From: Macrostomum lignano
Lineage: Eukaryota
Length of the DNA: 64,000 bases
Direction of reading: 5' to 3'
Assembly (NCBI GenBank): GCA_002269645.1
Contig: NIVC01000365.1
Coordinates: 124,001-188,000, forward strand
Shown: piece after piece, positions 60,922-64,000 of the stretch
How positions within the stretch are numbered: position 1 is the first letter of the stretch
How the letters are laid out: every line of letters begins with the position of its first letter
Notes under the pieces: model-generated
Seen by the model: only the letters and a program-made list of their open reading frames with translations
The model's database searches: none
What the model was told of the DNA's origin: nothing
Translations under genes and position numbers: made by a program

Positions 60922-62106
60922 GTAAGTTTCATTACTCCGATGTATAATATAATTTCAATGTATAATTTCAAAAGTATGAATACAAGGCAAAAATAAAAAT
61001 ATCTGGTGTTCTTAGTTGACTAAATTATTTTATCTAAATTTATTGATTCATTAAAGCTGCTCTATTATAAACATAAGATTTAAATAAAAAAGAAGAAATA
61101 CTTTTCTGAACAGTTATCTATCTAGTATACTAGAAATAAAATAGAAACTTTTATCTAGACTAAAATCAATATTGAATTATATAAAATTTTTAGAATTCTT
61201 ATTTAATTCAAGACTGCACAGTAGTAGATATAGGGGGGATATATAGGCCTAAGGCATGTCCCTATCATGGTATTAAGTTTTATTATTTAATATTTTATAG
61301 GCTATATACATATACATGCACCTTAGTAGGCCTAATCTATAACTCATTTATAGTTTTCTGGATCTATTCCCAAGACTATATATAAGTTTTTAATTATATT
61401 ATTTGTATATATTTTAGATTATAATAAAAAGTTTTATTGTATGTTTTTATAATGTGCATATTATTTATATATATATTAAAATTAAGCTAAAATATGAGGG
61501 GTTCAAACAACTTTGTTGTTCACATAGTTAAAGTAGAAATTTTAGAATAATGTTGTATTTTTTTAAACACATCCTCCTAATGATCAATGCACTTCTGCTA
61601 GTGTTCTGCTGTAAGGAAGGTCCATGTACAGTAGCCATAGCTGTAAGCAAAACTACGGCTTATTCCAAATTCTTCATATTCCATAGCCATAGGGATCCCA
61701 ATATTACCATATTCCTGTAGTTCCTATAGTTGTAGCCATAGTTTTAACAAAAAGTCTATTAAACAAAATATTTTGAATCAAGAAGATAACCTAGTGCTTA
61801 AACAACTGCAAATTAAGTTTAATTTTTTTTCAGAGCAACAATACTTAATTGTTACTGAAAGTACTAATGCTGAACTTTTTCACATTAATAAAAATTAGAG
61901 TTTGCTAGTGTTTTATTGTACTTTTTAGGTCTATTTTAAAAGTTTCTAAGTTGACAATATAGTTTACTAAAAGTATCTTTGTTTTACTCTACCTGTTTCT
62001 AATATTTTTTCAATTTTTTAACATTAATAACTATGGCTATAGGAATCTATGGAATGTGACAACAACTACCATATTTCTGTAGTCGTAGCCATAAGAACAG
62101 CTAGCT

Positions 62107-64000
62107 ACCATAGGCATATCCATAGCTGCCATAGGCACCTATTTTATCATATTTGCCATAGGATCCCATAGCCATAGCTACGGCTATGGTGGAACACAAA
62201 CTTCTGCCATTGGTTGCATAGCACCTAGATGCTACTGGTGTAGAACTTTGCCAGCTGGTCCTCTAGCTATTGGTTGGCAAGGCTGATGACTTATTTATTA
62301 GACTTGAAATGATATGAACAAAATAGCTATTTGAGCTAACAAAATAAATAGATAGAAATCAGAAGGTGCTAGGTCAGGTTAGGGGTTAATGAAAAGGGCA
62401 GCAATGCCTACTTACTATATCTAGATGCACAGAGCCCCTTGCAATTAAGTCAAAGTAAGAAAATGCCAGATCTAGTGATTAGGCAAGATAGGGAAGGATT
62501 TTGAACCCTACAATATTAGTAGAATTCACTACAACCTAGGCAGTATAAGCTAGGGCATTGTTATGAAACAACAAGAGGCTAGTACTCAGCTTCCCTTACC
62601 TCTTCTAGACAACTGCCTGATGAAGCTAGCTTAGCTATTTAGCAAAGTAGATACCAAAGATAGGTATTTAGCTAGTAGGATCCTTTGATAGTAATTGAAA
62701 AAAAACAGCCCAGGATCTTGATAGCTAAATTTGCTTGCTTAAACTTATGGAGGCCCTTTCCCTAGGGCACTACCACTCTATGGAATCTTGCTTAGACTTA
62801 AGGTCATAGTGGTAGGTAGATCTAGTACTTATCCTTAGTTATATTTCCTTTTTTAAATCCATCTGAATTCTCATTGTAGAGGTCAAGCATAAGCCAACAT
62901 GAGCTAAGTTGGTTTTGCTTGTGGTCCTATGAAAGCATTCAGGGTACCCATCAGGCATTGATCTTGTTATACCTTAGGATTTGGTATTGGAGCTCTTTTT
63001 TTGACCTAGCTTAGCTAGGTGACCTAACTAGCTAAGCTAGAAATTTTGGCAACTCAAATTGAACAAACTTTATCAAACAACTTGGCTACTGCCTCAACTT
63101 TCAAGGTTCACCCTACCATACAAATGTGTTGTAATGTTGCTTGATAGTATGCAGAGAAATACAAGTTATAGGGTATAACCATAGGCATATCCATAGCTGC
63201 CATAGGCACCTATTTTATCATATTTGCCATAGGATCCCATAGCCATAGCTACGGCTATGGTGGAACACAAACTTCTGCCATTGGTTGCATAGCACCTAGA
63301 TGCTACTGGTGTAGAACTTTGCCAGCTGGTCCTCTAGCTATTGGTTGGCAAGGCTGATGACTTATTTATTAGACTTGAAATGATATGAACAAAATAGCTA
63401 TTTGAGCTAACAAAATAAATAGATAGAAATCAGAAGGTGCTAGGTCAGGTTAGGGGTTAATGAAAAGGGCAGCAATGCCTACTTACTATATCTAGATGCA
63501 CAGAGCCCCTTGCAATTAAGTCAAAGTAAGAAAATGCCAGATCTAGTGATTAGGCAAGATAGGGAAGGATTTTGAACCCTACAATATTAGTAGAATTCAC
63601 TACAACCTAGGCAGTATAAGCTAGGGCATTGTTATGAAACAACAAGAGGCTAGTACTCAGCTTCCCTTACCTCTTCTAGACAACTGCCTGATGAAGCTAG
63701 CTTAGCTATTTAGCAAAGTAGATACCAAAGATAGGTATTTAGCTAGTAGGATCCTTTGATAGTAATTGAAAAAAAACAGCCCAGGATCTTGATAGCTAAA
63801 TTTGCTTGCTTAAACTTATGGAGGCCCTTTCCCTAGGGCACTACCACTCTATGGAATCTTGCTTAGACTTAAGGTCATAGTGGTAGGTAGATCTAGTACT
63901 TATCCTTAGTTATATTTCCTTTTTTAAATCCATCTGAATTCTCATTGTAGAGGTCAAGCATAAGCCAACATGAGCTAAGTTGGTTTTGCTTGTGGTCCTA
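62107..64000. repeat. 1071-bp tandem duplication (second copy truncated by the window end)
   Basis: 62107-62929 matches 63178-64000 at constant offset 1071; no differences noticed by eye. Confidence 0.92.

Overview
Eukaryotic (animal) genomic DNA. No CRISPR, rRNA or intact tRNA genes were seen. GC-rich exons and introns packed with minisatellites resemble the flatworm Macrostomum; this is an inference. Genes reconstructed by hand with phase-consistent splice sites: an unidentified 5-exon minus-strand gene fragment (2.0-3.5 kb), TMEM243 (-), eIF4E2/4EHP (+), a candidate death-fold protein gene (+), myoD (-, 4 exons), a secreted WSC + PAN/apple-like protein (+), and one coding exon of an endosomal Na+/H+ exchanger (SLC9A6/7/9 type, +). 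About 35 distinct tandem arrays cover roughly a third of the window and explain most long ORFs in the track. Mobile elements: two CORE-type tRNA-derived SINEs, two copies of a 172-bp MITE with 8-bp TSDs, a solo-LTR-like insert, and two giant inverted-repeat (foldback-like) structures of about 3.8 and 5.5 kb that flank myoD. Highlights are the foldbacks (one with a candidate 9-bp TSD), two minisatellites derived from SINE tRNA heads, and E-box arrays inside the myoD introns. Repeat coordinates are hand estimates.
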